A stretch of DNA of 64,000 bases from an uncultured bacterium (GTDB taxonomy: Bacteria; Verrucomicrobiota; Verrucomicrobiia; Verrucomicrobiales; DEV007), in assembly GCA_963977015.1 (NCBI GenBank), contig CAXBMO010000012.1, positions 122,730 through 186,729 on the forward strand. Reading direction: 5' to 3'. The notes under the pieces were generated by a model. The model saw only the letters and a program-made list of their open reading frames with translations. It ran no database searches and was not told the origin of the DNA. Shown piece by piece: positions 29,227 to 38,779 of this stretch (position 1 is its first letter; each line of letters starts with the position of its first letter). The translations under genes and the position numbers were made by a program.

Positions 29227-30786
29227 ATGAAAAACCTCCTCCTGTTTCTTCTCCTCGCAACATTGGCCAATTGGGCCGTTGCCGGTGACGCCAAGGGTTC
29301 TCGCCCCAACATCGTCTTCATTCTGTCCGATGACATGGGCTGGGGGCAACCCGGGTTTCATGGGGGAAACCCGGAGCTGACTCCGAACCTGGATGCGCTG
29401 GCGGGTGAGGGGATGCGGCTGAACGAGTATTATACCCACAGCGTGTGCGCGCCAACGCGAGCCGCGTTCTTGACGGGGCGCTACGCGTTTCGAACCTGGA
29501 GTGATTGGCGGTCCGAGGATTTTGGGAAGCCGAGTTATTTGGCGAAGCTGGGGCTCGAGTTGGCGCATAACGAGCGCGGAGAGCCGACCCGCCGGATTCA
29601 CGCGCTGGATACGGAGGAACGCACCGTCGCGGAGGCGCTCCAGGATGCCGGGTATTTCACCTCGCTCATCGGCAAGTGGCACCTGGGCGAGTGGCTTCCC
29701 GAGCACCTCCCGATGGGGCAGGGGTTTGAGCATCAATACGGGCACTACGCGTGGGGAATCGATTACTACAACAAGACGATTGTCCACAATGCGCCGGCCC
29801 GATTTGCGGTTTACGACTGGCATCGCAACCAGAAACCGATTCAGGAGGACGGGTATGCGACGGACCTGATCGCGGCGGAAACCGAGCGCGTGATTACGGC
29901 GCGGAAGGACGACGATCGTCCGTTCTTCATCTACGTTGCGTTTAACGCGGTTCATGGGCCGCTGAATCCGCCGCCGGGATTTGCGGGTGACGCGGATGAT
30001 CCGCTCGCGATTCGCGATGCGATGCTGGCGAGCCTCGATCAGGCGGTTGGCCGGATCAAACGTGCGGTGGATGACAACGGGTTTCGCGACAACACGCTCT
30101 TCATCTTTTCCAATGACAACGGGCCCGTGCTTGAGGAGATGAGCAAGCCGTTCCGGGGAACGAAGAACACCACGTTCGAAGGCGGGGTTCGGCAGCCGGC
30201 GATACTTCGGTGGCCGGGATACGTCGAGGCCGGAAGCGCCAAGGATGGGCTCGTGTTCATCACGGATTTTTTCCCGACGTTCATCACCCTGGCCGAAGGA
30301 TCACACGAGCAGGAACGGGCGATTGACGGAATCGACATGACCGAAATGCTGTTCGGTGGCGCCAAGAGCGAGCGGACCGAGATCGTTTATGACGTTGCCG
30401 GTAGTGTGCGGCTTCCCACGATTCGGCAGGGCGATTTCAAACTGATGGGCGACGTGCTCTACAATGTCGCGGCTGATCCCGGTGAGCAGACCGACGTGGC
30501 CAAGCAACACCCGGAGTTGGTCCAGAAACTCAAGGCGCGAATCGATGCGGTTGGGAACGAGCGTCCGCCGCTTGGAGATAAGCCGCTCTTGATGGATCCG
30601 CCCTTGCCTTATGTCTATGGGCTGGAAGAACAGGCGGACGTTCCAGCCTGGTTGGTCGAAGCCGTGGACGCCATCCGCGCAACTCAGCCGCAGGAATGGG
30701 CACCCGGAGAGACCCCCTGGCCCAAGGCACCACAGGGAGCGAGTGCGAGCAAGATGGATGGATTGCGCGACGAGGTGACCAAGTAG
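29227..30786 (+). CDS. Arylsulfatase (ArsB-like)
   Basis: RPNIVFILSDDMG, CAPTRAAFLTGRY, GKWHLG, FNAVHGP, FEGGVRQP; start MKNLLLF. Confidence 0.92.
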   Translation: MKNLLLFLLLATLANWAVAGDAKGSRPNIVFILSDDMGWGQPGFHGGNPELTPNLDALAGEGMRLNEYYTHSVCAPTRAAFLTGRYAFRTWSDWRSEDFGKPSYLAKLGLELAHNERGEPTRRIHALDTEERTVAEALQDAGYFTSLIGKWHLGEWLPEHLPMGQGFEHQYGHYAWGIDYYNKTIVHNAPARFAVYDWHRNQKPIQEDGYATDLIAAETERVITARKDDDRPFFIYVAFNAVHGPLNPPPGFAGDADDPLAIRDAMLASLDQAVGRIKRAVDDNGFRDNTLFIFSNDNGPVLEEMSKPFRGTKNTTFEGGVRQPAILRWPGYVEAGSAKDGLVFITDFFPTFITLAEGSHEQERAIDGIDMTEMLFGGAKSERTEIVYDVAGSVRLPTIRQGDFKLMGDVLYNVAADPGEQTDVAKQHPELVQKLKARIDAVGNERPPLGDKPLLMDPPLPYVYGLEEQADVPAWLVEAVDAIRATQPQEWAPGETPWPKAPQGASASKMDGLRDEVTK

Positions 30787-30797
30787 GCAACGAAGCC

Positions 30798-31658
30798 TCA
30801 GCGGTTCATGACCTCGATCTGTTGAATACCGGTCCAGGTTTCGCCGGGCGCCAGCGTGCGTCGGGATTCCACTTGAGCGGGCTCGATGCAGACGAAGCGT
30901 CGCCAGTCATCCGTCGGCATGTCGCCGATTCCATGTTCCGGGCCGGGATTCCAGACGACGAGGTCGGGGAAGTGCTCCGACGTGATGCGGAGGTTCACGG
31001 CTTCGTCCGCGAGAATTACTTCTTGGGAGCCGGCACCGAAATACCCCCGGTCGATTTCCTCGCCGAACGTGATTTCGGCCTTGGGATCCGTTTCACGTTG
31101 CTTCGTTACCTCGTTGACGAATTCCCGTCCAGCCAAGCCGCGAACGACGGAGGTTTCCACGTTGCTGACTTGAAGGTAGGTATGTAGCGCGGCGTGAAAC
31201 TCGAACGATTTCGAACCGAGATTCTGCACGGTCATCTGAATCTGAAGGTCGGAATTCCCCAGCACGACACCGATCTCAAGCGCAGTTTCGTAGGGCCACT
31301 CCGGTTGGCTGGAGGTCGTCGTCTGCAACTTCAGGGTTCCGCTCTCCAAATTGGCTTCCCACTCCGCCTTGCGGGCAAAACCGTGACGCCCGAGCGGGCC
31401 GTGATCGCTGAATTGGGGGAAAATCACCGGGACTCCGCCTCGGATCGCTTTTCCGGTTCCGTAGTCGGCCGTTTCGCTGAGATAAAGGCGTTCCTGACCG
31501 TCCGCCGTTTTCCACGAAATCAGATGCCCGCCGTGTTGCGCAAAGGTCGCCTCAGCGCCGGATTCGTGCGTCAACTGATAGCACGCGATTCCTTGAGGAC
31601 CGGACGTCGGGGAAAGCTGATGAGCAGGCGGGTTTTCGGGAGAGAGATTCGTGTCCAT
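30798..31658 (-). CDS. D-hexose-6-phosphate mutarotase (aldose 1-epimerase family, YeaD-like)
   Basis: AIRGGVPVIFPQF, HGFAR, ALHTYL, VVWNPG, FVCIEP. Confidence 0.92.
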   Translation of the reverse strand: MDTNLSPENPPAHQLSPTSGPQGIACYQLTHESGAEATFAQHGGHLISWKTADGQERLYLSETADYGTGKAIRGGVPVIFPQFSDHGPLGRHGFARKAEWEANLESGTLKLQTTTSSQPEWPYETALEIGVVLGNSDLQIQMTVQNLGSKSFEFHAALHTYLQVSNVETSVVRGLAGREFVNEVTKQRETDPKAEITFGEEIDRGYFGAGSQEVILADEAVNLRITSEHFPDLVVWNPGPEHGIGDMPTDDWRRFVCIEPAQVESRRTLAPGETWTGIQQIEVMNR

Positions 31659-31742
31659 GGCCAGATAATCATAAAAATGGACTAGCTGACCCTAGAATCC
31701 AGACTTTTTCTCGGGTCAAGTTGGGCTCAAGATTGCTCTGCC

Positions 31743-32882
31743 ATGACAACCCCACTTGCAAAACCCCGCATCGCCATCATCGGCCTCGGCTTCGGAGCCG
31801 AATTCATCCCGATCTACCAACGCCATCCGAATGCCGAAATTACCGCCGTTTGTCAGCGCAACCCGGATTCCCTCAAGGAGATCGCCGACAAGTTTGGCGT
31901 CGAAAGGCGCTTCACGGATTACGATGAGCTTCTCGCCGATCCCGAGATCGACGCCGTTCATATCAACACGCCGATTCCGGATCATGCGGAACACACGCTC
32001 AAGGCAATGCGGGCGGGCAAGCACGTCGCCTGCACCGTTCCGATGGCGACGAGCGAGGCAGACTGCAAGGCGATCGTCGAGTTGAGCGCCGAAACGGGGC
32101 TGCGCTACATGATGATGGAGACGGTCGTTTACGCGCGCGAATTCCTCTACATGAAGGAGCTTTTCGATACCGGTGAACTCGGGAAGCTGCAGTTTCTCAA
32201 GGCGAGTCATCAGCAGGACATGGATGGTTGGCCCGGATATTGGCCCGGCCTTCCTCCGATGCATTACGCGACCCATTGCGTTGGTCCAGTGTTGGGTCTC
32301 GCCCGCAACGAGGCGGAATACGTGAGTTGTTTTCCGAGCGGCACGATTCGGGAGGAGATGCATGGATGCTACGGTTCGCCGTTCGCGGTGGAGACGACCC
32401 ATATCAAATTTGCGGACAGCGACCTCAGCGCGCAGGTTTATCGTTCGCTCTTTGATGTCGCTCGCCAGTATCGCGAGAGCTTCGAGGTCTACGGTTCAAA
32501 GAAGGCGGTTGAATGGCCGTTGATCGAGGGAGAGCCGCTGGTGGTTCATACCGCGAAAAAGCCTGAGCCTGAGATTCCCGAGAAGCAGGAGTGTCCGGAC
32601 TACGGCCATCTTCTGCCGGACGAAATTGCGCCGTTTACCCAGGGCGGCGTTTATGGTGGTGAGGAAGGGGAAGAGCACCTCAGCTTTACCCAGGGGGCCG
32701 GGCATGGCGGATCTCACCCGCATCTCGTTCATCAATTCGTCGAGCTTTTGCGGGGAACTGGTGAAGGGTATCCGAATGCGGTGCAATCCGCGAACATCAC
32801 CCTCACCGGCATTCTTTCCCATGAAAGCGCGCTCGAGGGTGGTGCGCTGAAGCGACTCCCGAAGTGGAGCCTTTCCTCCTGA
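31743..32882 (+). CDS. Gfo/Idh/MocA family oxidoreductase
   Basis: IAIIGLGFG Rossmann motif, AVHINTP, AGKHVACTVPM, GHGGSH. Confidence 0.9.
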   Translation: MTTPLAKPRIAIIGLGFGAEFIPIYQRHPNAEITAVCQRNPDSLKEIADKFGVERRFTDYDELLADPEIDAVHINTPIPDHAEHTLKAMRAGKHVACTVPMATSEADCKAIVELSAETGLRYMMMETVVYAREFLYMKELFDTGELGKLQFLKASHQQDMDGWPGYWPGLPPMHYATHCVGPVLGLARNEAEYVSCFPSGTIREEMHGCYGSPFAVETTHIKFADSDLSAQVYRSLFDVARQYRESFEVYGSKKAVEWPLIEGEPLVVHTAKKPEPEIPEKQECPDYGHLLPDEIAPFTQGGVYGGEEGEEHLSFTQGAGHGGSHPHLVHQFVELLRGTGEGYPNAVQSANITLTGILSHESALEGGALKRLPKWSLSS

Positions 32883-32910
32883 GTTTCCCCATTCTGACCC
32901 CTGTAGAGAA

Positions 32911-35900
32911 ATGAAAACCCCCTTCATTGTCCTCCTGGCGATCCCTTCGCTCCTGGTTGCCGAAAGTTCGTGGAAAACCACGCCCTTGATCGGCGACTTC
33001 CATGCGGAAGGTGCGGGAGTCGGTGACATCAACGGGGATGGCAACCCTGACATCGCCTACGGTCCGTTCTGGTTCGCTGGCCCGGATTTCTCGAAACAGA
33101 ATCGCTTTGCGGATGGAGATCCTTTCGATGGCGGAACCGGGTATTCCGACAATTTTTTCAGCTTTGTCAGGGATTTCAACGGCGATGGGAAGAACGACAT
33201 TCTCGTGTTCGGATTTCCCGGAAAGTCAGCGCGGCTTTATCTGAACAGCGCTGCGGAACGTTGGGAAATGATCGAAGTCGCCGATCAGGTTGCGAATGAA
33301 TCTCCCCATCTCATCGATCTGATTCCGGGAGGGGTTCCCGAAATCGTGTGTGCCCGCAGCAAGACCTACGGCTATTACGAGGCGGGTGAGGATGCGACGA
33401 AACCCTGGACCTGGCACACGGTCTCCGGTCCCAACGAAGCGGCGACGCCGTTTGGTCATGGACTTGGGGTTGGCGATATCAACGGGGACGGGCGGGCGGA
33501 CGTCGTCGAACGGATGCACTGGTATGAGCAACCGGCCAATCCCGGCGATGGCCCGTGGAAGAAACACAACTGGGCCATGGTTCCCTACGGCGGCGGTGGC
33601 GCGCAAATGCTGGTTGATGATGTTGATGGCGATGGCGACAACGACATCATCACCTCCCTGAATGCGCACGCCTATGGAATTGCCTGGTTCGAGCAGGTGT
33701 CGCCGGGCAAGTTTGCGCGTCACAACATCGTTGGGCAAACCTCGACCGAGAATCGGCATGGTGTTGCGTTTTCCCAACCCCATGCGCTCGCCCTGGCCGA
33801 CATGGACGGCGATGGCCGGAACGATTTTGTGACCGGGAAACGCTACTTTGCGCACAAGGGCCGGGATCCGGGAGGATTGCAGGATGCGGTGCTTTACTGG
33901 TTTCGGAACACCGTTCGTGGCGGCGAGATTGAGTTTGTGCCTCACCTGGTCGATGATGACTCCGGCGTTGGAGTCGAGGTGAAGGTGGTGGATCTGAATG
34001 GGGACGAGAGGCCTGACATTGTCACCAGCAGCAAGAAGGGGCTGATCGTTCATACGCAGACCGGGGCGGGGCATGCGGCGATGGAGTCCTGGAAGGAGGA
34101 GTCGCGCAGAACCCAGGATACCTACGGAACGAAACTTTCGCCCGAAGCGGCTCGGGATCAGACGGATGTTCCCGATGGCTTCTCGCTCGATCTGATTGCG
34201 GCGGAACCGAACGTCACCCAGCCGATTGCGATGACGTTCGACGCCCGTGGCCGCATCTGGGTGATTGAAGGTCACACGTATCCGCAACGGGCTCCCGAAG
34301 GGGAGGGGCGGGACCGCATCATCATTCTGGAAGACCGCAATGCGGACGGCAGCTTTGAAACGAGGAAGGTTTTTGCCGAGAACCTCAACCTTGCGAGCGG
34401 GATTGAGATTGGGTTCGGGGGCGTCTATGTCGGCGCGGCGCCCTATTTGCTTTTCTTTCCCGACAAGAATCAGGACGATGTGCCTGACGGAGAACCTGAG
34501 ATCCTCCTCGACGGCTGGGGATATCAGGATACCCACGAAACGCTCAATGCCTTCACCTGGGGGCCGGATGGTTGGCTTTATGGATGTCACGGCGTTTTCA
34601 CCCATTCCAAAGTCGGCAAGCCGGGAACTCCCAATGATGAACGGACGCGGATCAATGCCGGAGTCTGGCGGTTTCATCCCGTCAGCAGGCAGTTCGAAGT
34701 TTACGCGCATGGCACGAGCAATCCCTGGGGCGTCGACTTCAATGAATACGGCGACTGGTTTGTCAGCGCCTGTGTCATCCCGCATTTCTATCATCTCAGT
34801 CACGGAGGGCGTTACCAGAGACAGGCGGGACAGCATTTTGATCCGTTCACGTTTGATGACATCAAGACGATCGCAGACCACGTGCACTACCTCGGAAATA
34901 TTCGGGCGCTCAAGGATGTCCGCGGGGGCCGCCTTTCGGAAGAGCAGGCCGATACGGCCGCGTTGGGTGGTGGCCATGCCCACTGTGGGCTGGCGATCTA
35001 CGATGCGCCCGAGTTTCCCGCAGCGTTCCGTGGTGAAGCGTTTTTTCACAATCTTCACGGGCATCGCCTGGTCCGGGAACAACTGGGTCACGACGGTTCG
35101 GGGTATCTCGCCAGGCATCGTCCGGATTTTGTGCTGACCAACAATCATGACTTTGTCGGCGTGGGCGTGATGCAGGGGCCGGACGGCGCGCTGTATTATT
35201 CGGACTGGGTCGATCCACAAACCTGTCATCACCGGGATGTCGAAGTTTGGGATCGGGCGAATGGGCGCATTTTTCGGGTTCGATACGGCGAGGCGAAAAC
35301 GACGGTCACCAACCTGCTGGTCCAGTCCGACGTGGAATTGGTGGCGACATTGGGGCATGCGAACTCGTTTTTCGCGCGCCAGGCCCAGCGTCTGCTTCAA
35401 GAGCGGGCGGCCGCCGGGACTTTGGATGGGGAAGCGGTCGATTTGGCCCTGACACAGTTCGAAAGCCGTCACTCGGGCGATGTCCCGATGCGCCTGCGGG
35501 CGTTGTGGGCCCGCCACGTCACCGGCCTGCTCAGCGGGGAGCTCCTGATGGCGGCGCTTGCCGACCCGAGCGAACATGTTCGCGGCTGGGCCGTGCAGTT
35601 GGCTCAGCCCAACACAGCGATTCTCACTCAACTCGCCACCCTGGCGAAGCATGATGATTCATTGATCGTGCGCCGTTATCTTGCATCCAAACTGCAGTTC
35701 CTGCCGCTCGATGATCGTTGGGACATCGCCCGGGGCCTCATCGCGCATTCCCGCAGTCAATTTGATCGCAATATTCCGTTTCTCGCCTGGTACGGAATTG
35801 CGCCGCTGGTCGAGGCGGACCCTGCCAGCGCGCTTCAACTGGTTGGTCAGACCCCGTGGCCGCAGCTCAAGGATTTCATCACCCGGCGTGCTGCCGTTTT

Positions 35901-37521
35901 CCCGGAAGGTCGAACGGCGATCACGGTTTCGCTCTCGAGGGCTCCCAATGCCAAAGCCTTCAGTGCCCAGTCCAATCAGCTTCTGCTCGCGCTTTCCAAC
36001 TTGCCTCCGGTCGAAACTCCGGATGCCTGGGACAAGGCCAAAGCGAAGGGAAAATCGTTTGGGAAGAATGCGCAGGTTGAGGCGGTTCTCAGCCGTATGG
36101 GGGCTCGGTTTGGAGATGAGGAATTCTTTCCCCAGTGGCGTCGCGTGGCGAGAAATAGTAAGCAGAAGATGGAGGCGCGGATTGAGGCCTTGAAGTTGCT
36201 GACCGTGGGCAAGGATCCCGAGATCGGAACACTCGCCCGCGAAGTTCTGAGTGTGCCAGCTCTTCGGCCCGTCGCCATCGCCGCACTTCGTCAGGATCCC
36301 GGCAAAGAGACGGCGGACGCATTGGTGAGACTGGTTCCGAATCTCTCATTAAAGATGCGCAACGAGGCGATCAATCTTCTCGGGACGAGACCGGAGATGG
36401 CGTTGGTTCTCCTGCGGGCGGTTGATGAAAAGCGCCTGGAGGCGTCCTTGATTTCTCCGGTGATGTTGGATCAATTCGACCGATTCGAGAACGAGGAAAT
36501 TGATGCGATTCTGGATCGGAACTGGGTGCGAGGAGGTGGGGGGATTGATTTGGCCCAACTCACCGTGGCGATTGGCCAATGGAGGAAAAAGCTCAATCCG
36601 AGAGTCATGGCAAGGGCGAACGCGCAACGTGGTCGGCAGACCTACGTCATGACCTGTGGCACCTGTCATCAGCTCTTTGGCGAAGGAATCGCGTTGGGGC
36701 CGGACCTGACCGGATCGAATCGTGCGGACCTGGGCTACATTCTCGAGAACGTTCTCGCGCCAAGCGCCGTGGTGGGGAAAGACTACCTTCTGAACATCTT
36801 TACGTTGAAGGATGGATCAACCGTCAGTGGAATGATCGAGAAGGAGACTCCGGAGTTCATTCAAGTCTCGATGGCGGGAGGCACGAAAACCGATGTTCAG
36901 GTTACCGAAATCAAGGAACGCCAGGAAGTCGCGCAGTCGCTCATGCCTGCCGGTCTCTTTGATGCGCTGCCGCTGGGGCAGGTTGCGGATTTGGTGGCTT
37001 ATCTGGCTAGTCCGACTCAGGTTTCCCCAACGGGGAGAGGGAACGTCGCGGCTTCTCCCCAGAGCGCAGTTCCTGCTCCAGGCAACGGTGTCATGCGAAT
37101 CGAGGCGGAGGATCTTGCCGCGAAATATCAGCCTCAGGGTGGAAACGGGAAGCCGCAGAATATGGAACACTTTCAGGATGCGTGGTCCGAAAATCGGCAG
37201 TTGTGGTGGGTCGGCGGAAAGCCCGGTGAGGTCTATACGTTGAAGCTGGATGGCGTGGGACCGGGGATGAAGAATCTTACCCTGTTTCCCACCACCGCGC
37301 GAGACTACGCCCAAGTGAAGATCGCCATCAATGGCCAACTCCAGGAAGCGGACTTTTACTCAGCAGATGTTCGCCAGGGCACGCCGCTTCGATTCGAAGG
37401 TGTGAACATCAGCCCGAGCGAACCCTTGCAAATCGACATTCACATCACCGGCAAAAACGAAGCGGCGGTTCCCCGTTACATGGTTGGGATCGATCGGATC
37501 GAGATTGAAGGCGCAGACTAG
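32911..37521 (+). CDS. PVC-type heme-binding CxxCH protein: FG-GAP/VCBS repeats + TIGR02604-like dehydrogenase propeller + HEAT repeats + cytochrome c
   Basis: Repeated DxNGDGxxD motifs; VPDGFSLDLIAAEP...FDARGRIWV; WGPDGWLY; CGTCH...GPDLTG...ILENVLAPS...SLMPAGL. Confidence 0.88.
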   Translation: MKTPFIVLLAIPSLLVAESSWKTTPLIGDFHAEGAGVGDINGDGNPDIAYGPFWFAGPDFSKQNRFADGDPFDGGTGYSDNFFSFVRDFNGDGKNDILVFGFPGKSARLYLNSAAERWEMIEVADQVANESPHLIDLIPGGVPEIVCARSKTYGYYEAGEDATKPWTWHTVSGPNEAATPFGHGLGVGDINGDGRADVVERMHWYEQPANPGDGPWKKHNWAMVPYGGGGAQMLVDDVDGDGDNDIITSLNAHAYGIAWFEQVSPGKFARHNIVGQTSTENRHGVAFSQPHALALADMDGDGRNDFVTGKRYFAHKGRDPGGLQDAVLYWFRNTVRGGEIEFVPHLVDDDSGVGVEVKVVDLNGDERPDIVTSSKKGLIVHTQTGAGHAAMESWKEESRRTQDTYGTKLSPEAARDQTDVPDGFSLDLIAAEPNVTQPIAMTFDARGRIWVIEGHTYPQRAPEGEGRDRIIILEDRNADGSFETRKVFAENLNLASGIEIGFGGVYVGAAPYLLFFPDKNQDDVPDGEPEILLDGWGYQDTHETLNAFTWGPDGWLYGCHGVFTHSKVGKPGTPNDERTRINAGVWRFHPVSRQFEVYAHGTSNPWGVDFNEYGDWFVSACVIPHFYHLSHGGRYQRQAGQHFDPFTFDDIKTIADHVHYLGNIRALKDVRGGRLSEEQADTAALGGGHAHCGLAIYDAPEFPAAFRGEAFFHNLHGHRLVREQLGHDGSGYLARHRPDFVLTNNHDFVGVGVMQGPDGALYYSDWVDPQTCHHRDVEVWDRANGRIFRVRYGEAKTTVTNLLVQSDVELVATLGHANSFFARQAQRLLQERAAAGTLDGEAVDLALTQFESRHSGDVPMRLRALWARHVTGLLSGELLMAALADPSEHVRGWAVQLAQPNTAILTQLATLAKHDDSLIVRRYLASKLQFLPLDDRWDIARGLIAHSRSQFDRNIPFLAWYGIAPLVEADPASALQLVGQTPWPQLKDFITRRAAVFPEGRTAITVSLSRAPNAKAFSAQSNQLLLALSNLPPVETPDAWDKAKAKGKSFGKNAQVEAVLSRMGARFGDEEFFPQWRRVARNSKQKMEARIEALKLLTVGKDPEIGTLAREVLSVPALRPVAIAALRQDPGKETADALVRLVPNLSLKMRNEAINLLGTRPEMALVLLRAVDEKRLEASLISPVMLDQFDRFENEEIDAILDRNWVRGGGGIDLAQLTVAIGQWRKKLNPRVMARANAQRGRQTYVMTCGTCHQLFGEGIALGPDLTGSNRADLGYILENVLAPSAVVGKDYLLNIFTLKDGSTVSGMIEKETPEFIQVSMAGGTKTDVQVTEIKERQEVAQSLMPAGLFDALPLGQVADLVAYLASPTQVSPTGRGNVAASPQSAVPAPGNGVMRIEAEDLAAKYQPQGGNGKPQNMEHFQDAWSENRQLWWVGGKPGEVYTLKLDGVGPGMKNLTLFPTTARDYAQVKIAINGQLQEADFYSADVRQGTPLRFEGVNISPSEPLQIDIHITGKNEAAVPRYMVGIDRIEIEGAD

Positions 37522-37531
37522 AATTGAACGT

Positions 37532-38779
37532 ATGAATTATCGAAAACCCCTATTTACATCACTCGCCATGTTTGGCCTCCTGCCCATTCCGCTGGAGGTG
37601 AGCGCGGAGGACGTCAAGCTGATCGATTTGAACCAAGCGCGTCTCGAAAACATCGTTGAGATGGATCGCGACGAGGCGCTGGAGATGTTGGTAAGCAAGA
37701 TTGGGAAGAGTGACGACCCTGCGATTCAAGCGGCGCTGCTGAACGGCATTCTACTGGGCCTGGAAGGACGACGTGACGTTGCCGCTCCTTCGGGGTGGGG
37801 AGAACTCAAAGCGAATTTGCAGGCCAACCCGGATTCACGGGTGCCGGGGCACGTTCAGAAGTTGAGTCAGGTGTTTGGCGATGAGCAGGCAACCCAACGA
37901 GCCATCGCGACGTTGAAGGATTCCACTGCGGATCCGAGCGCTCGCAAAAGCGCCCTTGCTTCGCTGTTGGCGCAACGCCGGATGGAACTGTTGCCGATCC
38001 TGGAGAAGTTGATCGATGAGGAGGCGTTGCGGACGGAAGCGATCCGTGGATTCACCACGATCGAATCTCCAACGGCTCCCGCGTTGCTGTTGAAGCGCTT
38101 TCCCAAATACGACGTGGAGACGCAACGCACTGTGATCGAAACGTTGGCGACTCGAAAGCCGTATGCAGAAGCCTTGTTGGCAGCGCTCGATGCCAAGACC
38201 GTGCCTCGGGATGCGATTCCCGCCTATGTCGCACGCACCATGAGCACACTTCTCGGCGAGAAGTTCTCCTCCAAGTATGGCGTGCAGCCGTTGTCGGAAG
38301 ACAAGGAGGCGATGATTGCCAAGTACAAGTCCATGGCGACAACGGAAACCTTGGCCAAAGCCGATGCCTCGGCTGGGCGCGTGGTGTATCAGAAAGTCTG
38401 CATGGCCTGTCATGTAATGTATGGTGAGGGTGGTTTGGTAGGGCCGGAATTGACGGGCTCAAACCGGGCGGACCTGAACTATCTGCTCCTGAATATTCTC
38501 TATCCCAGCGATGACATTGCCGATGCCTACAAGATGGTCCTGGTGACGACGAAAGACGGACAGACGCTCGCGGGCAGCATTGCGGAAGAAGACGGTCAAA
38601 AGGTGGTTCTCAATATGGTGGGACAGAAAACGACCGTCTCGAAAAGCGACATCCAAAGTCGTGAAACTTCGCCGTTCTCGATGATGCCCGCCGGGCTTCT
38701 TCAAACTCTGAAACCGGAGGAGGTCGTGAACCTCTTCAAATACATGCAAACCAAAGCTCAGGTCAATCTTCCCAAATGA
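37532..38779 (+). CDS. HEAT-repeat c-type cytochrome (TIGR02603-like heme domain) with its own signal peptide
   Basis: CMACH...GPELTGSNRADL.Y.L.NIL.PS...SMMPAGL; no propeller domain. Confidence 0.85.
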   Translation: MNYRKPLFTSLAMFGLLPIPLEVSAEDVKLIDLNQARLENIVEMDRDEALEMLVSKIGKSDDPAIQAALLNGILLGLEGRRDVAAPSGWGELKANLQANPDSRVPGHVQKLSQVFGDEQATQRAIATLKDSTADPSARKSALASLLAQRRMELLPILEKLIDEEALRTEAIRGFTTIESPTAPALLLKRFPKYDVETQRTVIETLATRKPYAEALLAALDAKTVPRDAIPAYVARTMSTLLGEKFSSKYGVQPLSEDKEAMIAKYKSMATTETLAKADASAGRVVYQKVCMACHVMYGEGGLVGPELTGSNRADLNYLLLNILYPSDDIADAYKMVLVTTKDGQTLAGSIAEEDGQKVVLNMVGQKTTVSKSDIQSRETSPFSMMPAGLLQTLKPEEVVNLFKYMQTKAQVNLPK

